Shown: in pieces, positions 38,929 to 48,947 of the stretch
Layout: each line of letters opens with the position of its first letter
Numbering within the stretch: position 1 is the stretch's first letter
Origin: an uncultured Alphaproteobacteria bacterium
GTDB lineage: Bacteria; Pseudomonadota; Alphaproteobacteria; RF32; CAG-239
Length of the DNA stretch: 64,000 nt
Assembly (NCBI GenBank): GCA_944392235.1
Contig: CALXVZ010000007.1
Location: forward strand, 7,787-71,786
Direction of reading: 5' to 3'
Made by a program: the position numbers and the translations under genes
The notes under the pieces: generated by a model
What the model saw: the letters and a program-made list of their open reading frames with translations, nothing else
Database searches by the model: none
Told to the model about the DNA's origin: nothing

Positions 38929-41900
38929 TCATTCTCGAGATTTAGAAATTTTGTTTAAACATATTTTACAAGTTTTATCTTTGGCTATTTTCGGATTGAG
39001 GGATTCAAATATCTTTTTGGCTTTCGCCAGATATTTTTTCCGCTCTTCCGGTGTTTGGGTCTGAGCGGCTTGTTCTTGCATCTCATGCAATTTATCATAC
39101 GGTGTGGTTACGTCATAGCCTTGCTCTTGCAAATATTGTTTGAAAGCGTTTTGCTTTTCTTTGCTTATCACATATGCTTGATGTGTTCCTGATTGAACAT
39201 AGGTAAATAATTTCAGCTCTGTCTGAGTAATTTGTTCCCATAAGTTGCTTTTTTCTTTGCCTCTTAAAGATTTACCATTTTTTTTCAAACTCCATTGGCT
39301 TTGAAATACACTACTTATTAAATCGGTATCCAATTTATCGCGTTCAATGCTTTGATATTTTTCATCAGGAGGGATTACCTCATAGCCTTGCTCTTGCAAA
39401 TATTGTTTGAAAGCATTTTGTTGTTCTTTACTTATCACATATACTTGCAGTTTTCCTGATTGAACATAGGTAAATAACTCTGACTTTTCTTGGGATATTT
39501 GTTTCCATAAATTGCTTTTTTCATCACTGCTTAAAGATTTACCGTTTTGTTGCAAAAGCCATTGGCTTTGAAATACATTATTTATTAAATCAGTGTCCAA
39601 CTTTTTGCGTTGGATGACGATTTTTACTTTTTCATCAGGTGTGGTGATATCATAACCTTGCTCTTGCAAATATTGTTTGAAAGCATTTTGTTTTTCTTGA
39701 CTTATCACATATATTTGACTGGTACCTGATTGAACATAGGTAAATAATTTCAGCTTCGTTTGAATTTGTTTCCATAAGTTGCTTTTTTCATCCTCGCTTA
39801 ATGATTTACCATTTTTTTTCAAACTCCATTGTCTTTGAAATACAGTATTTACTAAATCGGTGTCTAACTTTTTGCGTTGGATGACGATTTTTACTTTTTC
39901 ATCAGGTGTGGTGACATCATAACCTTGCTCTTGCAAATATTGTTTGAAAGCATTTTGTTTTTCTTGGCTTATCACATATGCTTGTTTTGGACCGGCTTGA
40001 ACATAGGTAAATAATTTCAGCTTCGTTTGAATTTGTTTCCATAAATTGCTTTTTTCATCCTTACTTAAAGATTTACCATTTTTTTTCAAAATCCATTGTC
40101 TTTGAAATACATCATTTATTAAATCGGTATCTAACTTATCGCGTTCAATGCTTTGCACTTTTTCATCAGGTGTCGTAACGTCATAGCCTTGCTCTTGCAG
40201 ATATTGTTTGAAAGCGTGTTGCTCTTCTTTGCTTATCACATATGCTTGCAGTGTTCCTGATTGAACATAGGCAAATAATTCTGGGTTTGCTTGGATTATT
40301 TGTTTCCATAAGGTGCTTTTTTCTTTGATATTTAACGATTTACCATTTTGTTTTATAATCCATTGGCTTTGAAATACACTACTTATTAAATCGGTGTCTA
40401 ACTTATTGCGCTGTGGCGTATTTTCTTCTTCATGAATAAGTTTGGTAAAGTTCATCTCATATAAATCTTCCATATCCACCACAACATCAAATAGATGCGT
40501 TGTGTCAACCTCGTCCTTATCCTGATTCGTATTTTTGTGGCGACTTTTATTTATCTCTGCTATTTTGGGACGCATATTGGAAGATACAATAGCGACGTCT
40601 TCGGCTATATCCATAAACAGAACTTGCCCGTTTTCACGAATTTCTTCCAACGTGCTTTTGTTGTTGCTTCTCTTAAACGCAATATCCATTATCAACGCTA
40701 CTTTATCCGGATTTTCCTTATCTTGACGAAGAGCTCTGCCCCCTCTTTGCGCAGCTTTGACCTTGCTCGCTGTCGGGTAGTTGATGCAGACTTCTACCTT
40801 TTTGTTTGAATATCCTTCAGCGACACGATTGACTTGTATCAAGACCGGAAACTTGCCGGAATTAAATTCTTGCAACGGACTTTCTCCGCTGTTGATATGA
40901 TAGGCTTGCGCTATATTATAACCCGCTTTTTGATTAAACACTGTTGCCAGTTCATCTGCTTCATGTTGGTTCGGAACGTTGATTATTGTGGGTTTTCCCT
41001 TGATTTGCCCGATAACAGGGTCTGAAAAGGTTAAGTAATAATCCGCCAATTCTTCTCTTATGCCATGCAAGTGTGACTGTTTAAGGATTTTTGCAAGTTT
41101 TTCTCCGTCATAGTCACCACTGCTGTTTATCGCATCCGTTAAATCTACCGGAATTTTTGAAACGAACAGACCATTTTTGAAACTGCAAAGCAAACCTTTT
41201 TCCACACCTTCTCGCAAGGTTACCGAATCGATTACTTTGCCAAACACGTCCGCGCAATTTTTATCTTTGTCATATTCCGGAGTGGCGGTAAAGCCATAAA
41301 GGCAGGAACTGTTAAACACTTGCGCCACGCGACGGCGGTTTTCTGATAAAATATGATGCGCTTCATCGCATAATACCAACCCGATATTTTCTTTGCCGAC
41401 CGCATTTATCATTTTTTCCATTGAGGCATAAGTACCCACAACTATCGGCGTATCGGCTGTTTTTTCTTTGCCGTAAAAAGCCCCAATCTCCGAAGCAGAA
41501 AAGCCGGTCTTATCTATAAAATCTTGCTTAACTTGCTCTAAGACTTTGGTATTTTCTTCTAAGATGATAATCTTTTTATGTGGTGCTTCCGCGCGATAAC
41601 CCTCTGCCATGGCCATCATCAAGTAGGTTTTTCCAAACGCCGTGCATGCGTGGAAATAGCCATGGCTTAAAGAAGTATCTTCTGTGTTATCATTATCTAC
41701 CAGCTTTAATATGCTTTGCTCTTGGCGGTCTTCCAAATCCAGCTCGTTGGCGACAAACTTTTTGATGATACCTTCTTTGAGTGCGCGAAAACTTTCTTGG
41801 CGCTCTCTTGTTTCATTGTCTTTTTCTTGCGTCACACTCTCTCGCCATTGTCTTTTATTGGCTTCTATTTTGGCTAATGTTTCTGTATCTATCGGCATTT

Positions 41901-41940
41901 CTCTTCCTCTTTTGTTTAAAACATTAACTGATAATACCAT
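38929..41940 (-). CDS. SF2 DEAH-box helicase (ResIII-like core) with five C-terminal tandem 89-aa repeats; alternative start 41898
   Basis: Walker A CTAFGKTY, motif II VLCDEAHH, motif III FTATP and motif VI QRGGRALR. Residues 511-948 are five tandem copies of a module with invariant KLDTDL, NGKSL and AFKQYLQEQGY. Confidence 0.75.
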   Translation of the reverse strand: MVLSVNVLNKRGREMPIDTETLAKIEANKRQWRESVTQEKDNETRERQESFRALKEGIIKKFVANELDLEDRQEQSILKLVDNDNTEDTSLSHGYFHACTAFGKTYLMMAMAEGYRAEAPHKKIIILEENTKVLEQVKQDFIDKTGFSASEIGAFYGKEKTADTPIVVGTYASMEKMINAVGKENIGLVLCDEAHHILSENRRRVAQVFNSSCLYGFTATPEYDKDKNCADVFGKVIDSVTLREGVEKGLLCSFKNGLFVSKIPVDLTDAINSSGDYDGEKLAKILKQSHLHGIREELADYYLTFSDPVIGQIKGKPTIINVPNQHEADELATVFNQKAGYNIAQAYHINSGESPLQEFNSGKFPVLIQVNRVAEGYSNKKVEVCINYPTASKVKAAQRGGRALRQDKENPDKVALIMDIAFKRSNNKSTLEEIRENGQVLFMDIAEDVAIVSSNMRPKIAEINKSRHKNTNQDKDEVDTTHLFDVVVDMEDLYEMNFTKLIHEEENTPQRNKLDTDLISSVFQSQWIIKQNGKSLNIKEKSTLWKQIIQANPELFAYVQSGTLQAYVISKEEQHAFKQYLQEQGYDVTTPDEKVQSIERDKLDTDLINDVFQRQWILKKNGKSLSKDEKSNLWKQIQTKLKLFTYVQAGPKQAYVISQEKQNAFKQYLQEQGYDVTTPDEKVKIVIQRKKLDTDLVNTVFQRQWSLKKNGKSLSEDEKSNLWKQIQTKLKLFTYVQSGTSQIYVISQEKQNAFKQYLQEQGYDITTPDEKVKIVIQRKKLDTDLINNVFQSQWLLQQNGKSLSSDEKSNLWKQISQEKSELFTYVQSGKLQVYVISKEQQNAFKQYLQEQGYEVIPPDEKYQSIERDKLDTDLISSVFQSQWSLKKNGKSLRGKEKSNLWEQITQTELKLFTYVQSGTHQAYVISKEKQNAFKQYLQEQGYDVTTPYDKLHEMQEQAAQTQTPEERKKYLAKAKKIFESLNPKIAKDKTCKICLNKISKSRE
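39097..40410 (-). repeat. In-frame tandem repeat, 5 units of 267 nt (the last is 246 nt)
   Basis: ccttgctcttgcaaatattgtttgaaagc recurs at about 39120, 39385, 39655, 39920 and 40190. The unit boundaries were mapped from the translation. Confidence 0.9.
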
Positions 41941-41980
41941 AGAATCGAGACTCTGGCAAGCAAAAATTCAGCTATTTTGT

Positions 41981-43198
41981 TTATTGATACCTCAACGCAT
42001 CTATCGGATTCAAACGCATCGCTTTTAAGGCCGGCATTAGTCCAGAAACAATACCTACTACAACCGCAACCGTTACCGATACGATAACTGACCAAATGGA
42101 AATCGGTACTTCATAGCCGAACAAATGTCCGCCTAATTGCGAAAAGGCTATTCCAAACACCATGCCGACAAAGCTACCAATAAACGAAATCAATACAGAT
42201 TCAGCTAAAAATTGCATCATTATCCAACTGTTTGGTGCTCCTAGCGCCTTTCTTGTGCCTATCTCCCTTGTTCTTTCGGTTACTGATACGAGCATCATGT
42301 TCATAATGCCGATACTACCAACAATCAAAGAAATTGAAGCAATCGCTGCCAATAATGCTGATAATACAAAGCCTACACTGCGAACCTTTTCTACCATTTC
42401 TGTCATTAATCTTACGGTAAAATCATTTTTCTCGCCGTCTTTTAATCTATGTCTTGTTCTTAGCATATATTCCACGCGCTTAGCCACCAATTCCATTTTA
42501 TCTTCTGATGTTGCTTTGACAAACGCTATTCCTGTATATTGTGGACGTGGGGAACCGGCTATTCTTTGGCGAACTGTTGTTGAAGGCATCAAAATAATAT
42601 TGTCTTGGTCATCCCCCATTAATCCATCCCCCTTTTCTTTTAACGTCCCTATTACTGTAAAGGGTTTACCTTTTAGACGAATTGTCTTGCCTATCGGATT
42701 TTGTAAGCCAAACAACTCATCTACCACTGTTTGACCTATTACAGCATAAGGTTTTGCCGCACGGACATCTTTTTCGCTAAACATAATGCCATCTTCTATT
42801 TCCCAGTTGTTTACAGCTAAATAATCCGGATTTGTCCCTTTTACACTTACACCGTAGTTTCTAGAGCCGTATACGGCTTGAACCGCTGCGTTCATTAAAT
42901 ATGATGTTGTTTCTACATCTTTTAATGTCTTTAATGCCGCAACATCCGCAACTGTTACACTCGGTAGCCCTCTTCCCCCTCTTACACCACCTGTTACAAG
43001 TTCTGCCGGGCCTATCAATATTAAATTACTTCCCATTGATGCAAATGTATCTGTTATACGGTTTTGAACGGCTTGTCCTGCTGATACCATCATCACTACG
43101 GCAGCAACACCTATCATTATACCGAGCATCGTTAAGAATGTTCTCAGTTTGTATGATGCTATTGATATCCATGCTTCTTTTATTATTGCTGTCAGCAT
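41981..43198 (-). CDS. MacB/FtsX-family ABC transporter permease
   Basis: N-terminal TM, a large periplasmic MacB_PCD-like domain, and three C-terminal TM segments (FtsX-type). It overlaps the ATPase gene by 7 nt. Confidence 0.85.
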   Translation of the reverse strand: MLTAIIKEAWISIASYKLRTFLTMLGIMIGVAAVVMMVSAGQAVQNRITDTFASMGSNLILIGPAELVTGGVRGGRGLPSVTVADVAALKTLKDVETTSYLMNAAVQAVYGSRNYGVSVKGTNPDYLAVNNWEIEDGIMFSEKDVRAAKPYAVIGQTVVDELFGLQNPIGKTIRLKGKPFTVIGTLKEKGDGLMGDDQDNIILMPSTTVRQRIAGSPRPQYTGIAFVKATSEDKMELVAKRVEYMLRTRHRLKDGEKNDFTVRLMTEMVEKVRSVGFVLSALLAAIASISLIVGSIGIMNMMLVSVTERTREIGTRKALGAPNSWIMMQFLAESVLISFIGSFVGMVFGIAFSQLGGHLFGYEVPISIWSVIVSVTVAVVVGIVSGLMPALKAMRLNPIDALRYQ

Positions 43199-43917
43199 TT
43201 TATTTCCTTTTCTTTGCTGTATTCTTTGCGTAATCCATCATAAACTTTGTGACCATCACTTATTTTTATCATTCTCGTCGCGTAGTCTGCCACATCATCC
43301 TCATGTGTTACCAATACTATTGTTATTCCTTGCTTATTCAAAAAGGTAAATAACTCCATGATTTCATCCGAAGTTTTACTATCTAAATTTCCGGTTGGCT
43401 CATCTGCAAAAATTATTGCAGGATTGTTTATCAAAGCTCTTGCTATCGCTACTCTTTGTTGCATACCACCGGATATTTGTGACGGCGGACGATCTTGATA
43501 GCCTATTAAATTGACCTTTTTCAACATTTCCACCGCACGATTGTATCTTTCTGTCTCTCCTACTTTTTGATATATCAATGGTAGCGATACATTATCCGCG
43601 ATTGTTCTTTTCATCATCAAATTAAAGTTTTGAAAAACAAAACCAATTGTCTTACCGCGAATAACTGCTAATTCCTTATCATCCTTAGATGCTATATCAT
43701 ATCCTTCTAATATATATTTGCCGCTTGTTGGTTTATCTAAGCACCCTAATATGTTCATTAATGTTGATTTTCCTGAACCAGATGGACCCATTATTGCAAC
43801 AAATTCTCCAGATTTAATTTGAAAATTAATATTTTTCAAAACAGACTGACTTGTTCCACCTTCCATAAAGTAGGTCTTACATACATGTTGGACATCTATT
43901 ACAGTTTTTTCTGCCAT
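43192..43917 (-). CDS. MacB/LolD-type ABC transporter ATP-binding protein
   Basis: Walker A GPSGSGKST, signature ISGGMQQRVAIARAL and Walker B IIFADEPTGNLD. Confidence 0.9.
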   Translation of the reverse strand: MAEKTVIDVQHVCKTYFMEGGTSQSVLKNINFQIKSGEFVAIMGPSGSGKSTLMNILGCLDKPTSGKYILEGYDIASKDDKELAVIRGKTIGFVFQNFNLMMKRTIADNVSLPLIYQKVGETERYNRAVEMLKKVNLIGYQDRPPSQISGGMQQRVAIARALINNPAIIFADEPTGNLDSKTSDEIMELFTFLNKQGITIVLVTHEDDVADYATRMIKISDGHKVYDGLRKEYSKEKEIKC

Positions 43918-45038
43918 TATTTCCGCCTTTGCTCAAATAAAGCTTCTACTATTACTTGTTCTCCTTCTTTCAATCCATCTTTTATCTCGATGTTTGTCAT
44001 ATCTGAAAGACCTTTTGTTACTACTCTTGGAGCAATCTTTCCATTTTCAAACACAAATACGATATCTTGATTCTCTCCGATATTATCAATCTTTTTGACA
44101 TCTATTCTCTCTTTTACTGCGGCTGATGGTTTATATTGCAATGCCATTGCAGATATTGTTAATACATCTTTGGCTTCATCAGCTTTTACTGTTACAGATG
44201 CGGTCATTCCTGGTAGGAGTTTTCGACTTGAGTTATCGATTTCGATAATTACTGTATACATTACAACATTTTCGTCTTCCGTCGGTGATAATCTAACTTG
44301 CTGTACCTTTCCGGTAAATGTATCATTTGGGTATGCATCTACCGTAAATGTTATTGGCATCTCTTTCTTTATATAACCAATATCGGCTTCTGAGACACTT
44401 GCCTCAATCTGCATTTTTGATAAATCTTCCGCTACCTCAAACAATGTCGGTGTTGAAAAACTTGCTGCAACTGTTTGACCTTGTTCTATCTCTTTGGATA
44501 TAACTGTTCCTGATACTGGTGACGTAATTGTTGCATATTCAAAATTCTTTTTTGCTATGTTATAATCCGCTTTGGCACTTAATACATTCGCTGAAGCTTC
44601 TTTATACTCTATCTCGGCATCCTCTAAAGATGCTGATGAAGTTAGCTTATCTTGAAACAACTTTTTAATACGATCATAGTTTAATTTTGCTTTTCTTTCT
44701 TTCGCTAGTGCTAATTCATAGTTTGCTTTAGATTTTTCCATCGTCTCTTTTAATGTTGATGAATCCAATAAAGCTAATACTTGTCCTTTTTTGACATCGT
44801 CATTATAATCAGCTAACACTGTTTCTACCATTCCTGAAACTTGTGTTCCTACTAATACCGTATTTATTGGATTAATAGTGCCTGTTGCTGTTACCTCATA
44901 TGTTAATGTTCCCCTTTTTACTTGACTCATTTCAAAGTCTGTTGCTTTTAAAATCTCTTTCTTTGTCCCAGAATACATATAATAACCGCTAACTAGTATA
45001 ACTATTGCTGCTAATCCTAATTTTTTGTTTATCATCAA
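43917..45038 (-). CDS. HlyD/MacA-family periplasmic adaptor
   Basis: N-terminal TM, a lipoyl-like region (GTINPINTVLVGTQVSGMV), a coiled-coil hairpin and beta-barrel regions. Confidence 0.85.
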   Translation of the reverse strand: MMINKKLGLAAIVILVSGYYMYSGTKKEILKATDFEMSQVKRGTLTYEVTATGTINPINTVLVGTQVSGMVETVLADYNDDVKKGQVLALLDSSTLKETMEKSKANYELALAKERKAKLNYDRIKKLFQDKLTSSASLEDAEIEYKEASANVLSAKADYNIAKKNFEYATITSPVSGTVISKEIEQGQTVAASFSTPTLFEVAEDLSKMQIEASVSEADIGYIKKEMPITFTVDAYPNDTFTGKVQQVRLSPTEDENVVMYTVIIEIDNSSRKLLPGMTASVTVKADEAKDVLTISAMALQYKPSAAVKERIDVKKIDNIGENQDIVFVFENGKIAPRVVTKGLSDMTNIEIKDGLKEGEQVIVEALFEQRRK

Positions 45039-46390
45039 AATCTCCCTATTGCTCTATATAATGTCGCTTTGTTTATCAAAACTGTATAAAATGCGTTTAC
45101 CAGTGCATCTCTGGCATCTGCCAATTGAGATTCTGCCGTCAGTAAATTTATAATATCTGTTTGACCTATTTCATAAGACGTAAAGGCTACTCTTTCGTTT
45201 TCCTCTGCGCTTTTTAATACTTTTTTACTTACTTCATATGATTTAATTGATGTTTGATAATCATGGTATGCTCCCCATACTTCATTTTTTATCTCATTCT
45301 TTATTTGGTCTAGTGCATATCTTTCTTGCTCTCTTTTATACTTTGCGGCAGATATTTTATAACTTGTTTCAAAACCTGTAAATAACGGAACTTGATAGTT
45401 TAAACTTATTGAATTATCTCTGTTATAACTTCTCTCTGGTTTCCAATTATTATTATACCCACTTTGTGCTGATAAATTGAAAGCCCCATATCGAGAAGCT
45501 CTCAATTCTTGTAATGATGAATTGGCCGCATTTACTAACATTTCTTGAGCTTTTATTTCATCTCTTTCTTTTGATGCTATTTCAATCATTTTATCTAATG
45601 TATCTTTTTTGTCTAATGCTGTTAAATCTCTATCTGTCGGTGGCAATTTTAACCTAAATGTTGTTTGTGGGGGTAAATTTAATATTGTTGCTAAATCGCC
45701 CTCATACTGTTTTACAGCATTTTCCATTTCTATTACTTTTAACTTTGATTGCTCATAACTTGTTTGAGTTTGTAATTTATCATTTAATGCAGCCATCCCT
45801 ACTTCATATTTACGACTTGCCTCATCATAGGATTTTTTATACATAGCTTCATTGGCTTTTGCACTTTTTAAATCTTCTTTCGCTCCTAATAACTTAAAAT
45901 ATGATGTATTTATAGATAGTATTAAATCTTGAAGAGCACTATTATAATTGAATCCGGCTTCCGCTAAATATGACTTAAAACTATCTACTCTAGCTGTTCT
46001 GCCTCCAAAATCATATAACAATAATGATAGTCCTAAGTTCACATCATAGGGACTTTCTTCATAACTATGTTCACCTTGTTGCTTTAAATTATTTTTTCCT
46101 ATTCCTGCATTTAAATCTATACTTGGAAAATATTCTGATTTTGCTGCGCCTAAATTTGCTTCCGAACCCTTTAGACTCATGTAGTTAATGCTTAATTCTG
46201 GATTATTACAAATTCCTATCTTGATTAAATCTATAAGTGAAACTTCTTTTTTATTGTTTAAGTCTTTGTCTAAACAACCTTCCGGTGCTTTGTGTGTATA
46301 TACATTGAAAATATCTATTGCCTGCACATTTGTTGCACCACATAGTAACATTGCAGCTAATAACGATATTTGTAATCGCCGGCCATTCAT
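45035..46390 (-). CDS. TolC-family outer membrane efflux protein
   Basis: Signal peptide and two OEP repeats. It heads the adaptor-ATPase-permease operon with overlapping stop and start codons. Confidence 0.85.
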   Translation of the reverse strand: MNGRRLQISLLAAMLLCGATNVQAIDIFNVYTHKAPEGCLDKDLNNKKEVSLIDLIKIGICNNPELSINYMSLKGSEANLGAAKSEYFPSIDLNAGIGKNNLKQQGEHSYEESPYDVNLGLSLLLYDFGGRTARVDSFKSYLAEAGFNYNSALQDLILSINTSYFKLLGAKEDLKSAKANEAMYKKSYDEASRKYEVGMAALNDKLQTQTSYEQSKLKVIEMENAVKQYEGDLATILNLPPQTTFRLKLPPTDRDLTALDKKDTLDKMIEIASKERDEIKAQEMLVNAANSSLQELRASRYGAFNLSAQSGYNNNWKPERSYNRDNSISLNYQVPLFTGFETSYKISAAKYKREQERYALDQIKNEIKNEVWGAYHDYQTSIKSYEVSKKVLKSAEENERVAFTSYEIGQTDIINLLTAESQLADARDALVNAFYTVLINKATLYRAIGRF

Positions 46391-46497
46391 TTTCTTTTAT
46401 CCTTTACTTCTATGAAAACATACGCTAAATTTACGGCATTATTTTTTAATAAAAGTTTAATAACTCAGCCCAATGTGCTATATTTAAAGGATTTTTT

Positions 46498-47763
46498 ATG
46501 TCTGATGAACGTGCTCAATATGTCGAAATTTTGCAAAAAATTTTAACACAAAATCTTCCTCTTAATTCTTTTAAAAACGATATTCCTGATGTTAAAAAAA
46601 ATTTTTTTAATATGCTTTTTTTAACGACTTTCAGACATCTTGCTTTTATTCAAGAAACCGTTTTACCTCGATTTGTAAAAAAGAAAATTCCTCAAAAACA
46701 AAAAATTCTTGAGTTTGTTCTATATCTGGCAATCACTGAACTTTTATTTTTAGATACTCCTGATTATGCTGTTCTTAACTCTTATGTAAATGCTGCTAAG
46801 AGATATACTGATAAATTTGGAGCTAATTTTGTTAATGCTGTTTTGAGAAATGTTCTCCGTGATAAAAATAATCTTTTACAATTGCCTAATTCTTTTTTTA
46901 GTCGTAACTTTTTGAAAATCTTAAAACAAGACTATTCTAATGATGAAATTCAAACTATGCAAAAATTTATTCCTTTAGAACCAGCTTTGGATATTACTCT
47001 AAAAAAAGATACTTCTAATCCTTTTACAAATGCTGTTATTCTTCCTTGCGGAACTTTGAGACTCCCGGCAAATAACAAAGTTTCATCCCTGCCTGCTTTT
47101 AATGATGGAATATGGTGGATACAAGATGTTGCCGCATCTCTTGCCGTCAAAACTCTCAAAAATCTTACAGGTAAAAATGTTCTTGATTTATGTGCCGCAC
47201 CTGGAGGTAAAACTGCTCAACTTCTTGATGCTGGCGCTTCTGTTACAGCTGTCGACATTTCCGAGAATCGATTAAAAACTCTTTCTGAAAACATCGCTCG
47301 TTTAAATTTATCTCAAAATTTATCTGTTGTGTGTGCTGATGCTCTACAATTTTCCTCTTCTCAGCAATTTGATGTTATCTTAATTGATGCTCCTTGTTCT
47401 GCCATAGGAACTTTTCGCAGACATCCGGAAATTATTTTTACAAAAACTTTAGATGATGTAAAAAAACAAACCTTGCTTCAAAAAGAAATTCTTGAACACG
47501 CTATCTCTCTTCTTGCCCCTCAAGGATATATCCTCTATGTCACCTGCTCTCTTGCTAAAAGTGAAGGTGAAAAGCAAATTAATTCTTTTCTTAAGAACCA
47601 TTCTGAATTTGAAATTTCCCCCATTTCTATCCCCGGAACGGAAAATATGCTTACAAAAGACGGTTTCCTCAGAGTATTGCCTCAATCTGTTGTGGTCACA
47701 GATTATCCTGCATTATCTGGTGCTGATGGATTTTTTATTGCTTGTTTAAAAAGGAAAATTTAA
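46498..47763 (+). CDS. rsmB: 16S rRNA (cytosine-C5)-methyltransferase RsmB/Sun family
   Basis: NusB-like N-terminal region. The methyltransferase core has LDLCAAPGGKT and DAPCSAIGTFRRHPE. Confidence 0.85.
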   Translation: MSDERAQYVEILQKILTQNLPLNSFKNDIPDVKKNFFNMLFLTTFRHLAFIQETVLPRFVKKKIPQKQKILEFVLYLAITELLFLDTPDYAVLNSYVNAAKRYTDKFGANFVNAVLRNVLRDKNNLLQLPNSFFSRNFLKILKQDYSNDEIQTMQKFIPLEPALDITLKKDTSNPFTNAVILPCGTLRLPANNKVSSLPAFNDGIWWIQDVAASLAVKTLKNLTGKNVLDLCAAPGGKTAQLLDAGASVTAVDISENRLKTLSENIARLNLSQNLSVVCADALQFSSSQQFDVILIDAPCSAIGTFRRHPEIIFTKTLDDVKKQTLLQKEILEHAISLLAPQGYILYVTCSLAKSEGEKQINSFLKNHSEFEISPISIPGTENMLTKDGFLRVLPQSVVVTDYPALSGADGFFIACLKRKI

Positions 47764-47813
47764 TAAACTTATGTTATCCTCTCTCTTAGAGAATATAAAC
47801 TTGAGGTGAAATT

Positions 47814-48932
47814 ATGATAGAAAACTTAGTTTTTAGTATCAGTATACTGCTTAGTGGTTTCGTTTTGTCGACCTTCTTTTTGAGTAGAATTCCTTTCCAT
47901 ATTTTTCCTGAAGAATATGAATTTAAACTTGATCCTTTTTGGTATATTATTGGATTGTTCCTAATTTTCTCCGGGATTGTATATTTTACCGCTCCCTCTT
48001 TTGATGATACTATAAAAACTTATTCTTTCTGGGATTTCTTTCTGCCAATTATATTTTCTATCATTATCTATTTCTTTTATCTTTTAGGAATATCTTGGCT
48101 CAATTATATTACTATTTATTTATTCGCTTTGGTTATTTGCTTCTGGCAACCCGAAACTTTTAATCTTTTTCCTGAACACTTATCGCCTCTTCAAGATACT
48201 TTTGTTGAAGCTTTGCTCATTACTCTGATAGCTATTGGATTGGGCCTCTTAAATGGCTTACCAGCTATCGCTTCTATGCAATTTAATACTATTATGATAG
48301 CTAGCATCATTCTTGTTTATTTGGGTATTCTTCCTCAAATATTAGGATTTATGGCTCTTGCTTATCTTGGTATTATGCTTGCTTTTTCTTTTTTAAGTTG
48401 GCCTCCTGAAAAAATTATGTTGTCTAATGAAGCTTTTATTTCTCTGGGATTTGTCCTTGCTTGCTTTATGTTACAAGCGTCTGTTGAATTTTCTGAAACT
48501 TCTATGCTTATTGCTGCTGCCTTTTTATTTACTGAACTCGGTTACGCCCTTTATCATCGTTTCATCTTAATACAAAAACGTGAATACTTTTTTATGAATA
48601 CAGCGAGCTTTAAACTTTATGAATTAGGAGCTAACGAAAAAGTTATTTGCATAAGCATTCTTAAAATCTTTTTATTAAATATTTTACTTTCCTTCATTCA
48701 GATAGTTTCTTATGAACGCCTTGCTTTGCCTGTTTTTGCTGTTGCACTTAATTTTTGGTATCTTTCTATCTTATCTGGGGATACTCAACCGGAAGAGTTG
48801 TTATCTATTTCTAAATGGGGTAGAAAAGTTATTAAAGCTTCTTTTGCTAAAAAAACATCATCTCCTCATGATGTGAAACCTCAAAAGAAGACTTCTAAGA
48901 AATCTCGTAAAAAACAACGGGCTGATAAATAA
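47814..48932 (+). CDS. Hypothetical polytopic membrane protein with a lysine-rich tail
   Basis: About 10 hydrophobic segments and the C-terminus KKTSSPHDVKPQKKTSKKSRKKQRADK. I cannot confirm a catalytic motif; any MraY/WecA resemblance is too weak to call. Confidence 0.45.
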   Translation: MIENLVFSISILLSGFVLSTFFLSRIPFHIFPEEYEFKLDPFWYIIGLFLIFSGIVYFTAPSFDDTIKTYSFWDFFLPIIFSIIIYFFYLLGISWLNYITIYLFALVICFWQPETFNLFPEHLSPLQDTFVEALLITLIAIGLGLLNGLPAIASMQFNTIMIASIILVYLGILPQILGFMALAYLGIMLAFSFLSWPPEKIMLSNEAFISLGFVLACFMLQASVEFSETSMLIAAAFLFTELGYALYHRFILIQKREYFFMNTASFKLYELGANEKVICISILKIFLLNILLSFIQIVSYERLALPVFAVALNFWYLSILSGDTQPEELLSISKWGRKVIKASFAKKTSSPHDVKPQKKTSKKSRKKQRADK

Positions 48933-48947
48933 TTTTAGGGGTAGCCG

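Noticed and set aside
39097-40410. The regular 267-nt repeats were considered as a CRISPR array, minisatellite or IS remnant.
   Set aside because: The units are contiguous with no spacers and stay in frame within one long ORF. They encode a conserved protein module, so they are a coding tandem repeat.
42162-42734. 190-aa plus-strand ORF antisense to the MacB-type permease.
   Set aside because: It is a shadow ORF inside a well-supported FtsX/MacB permease gene, with no motifs.
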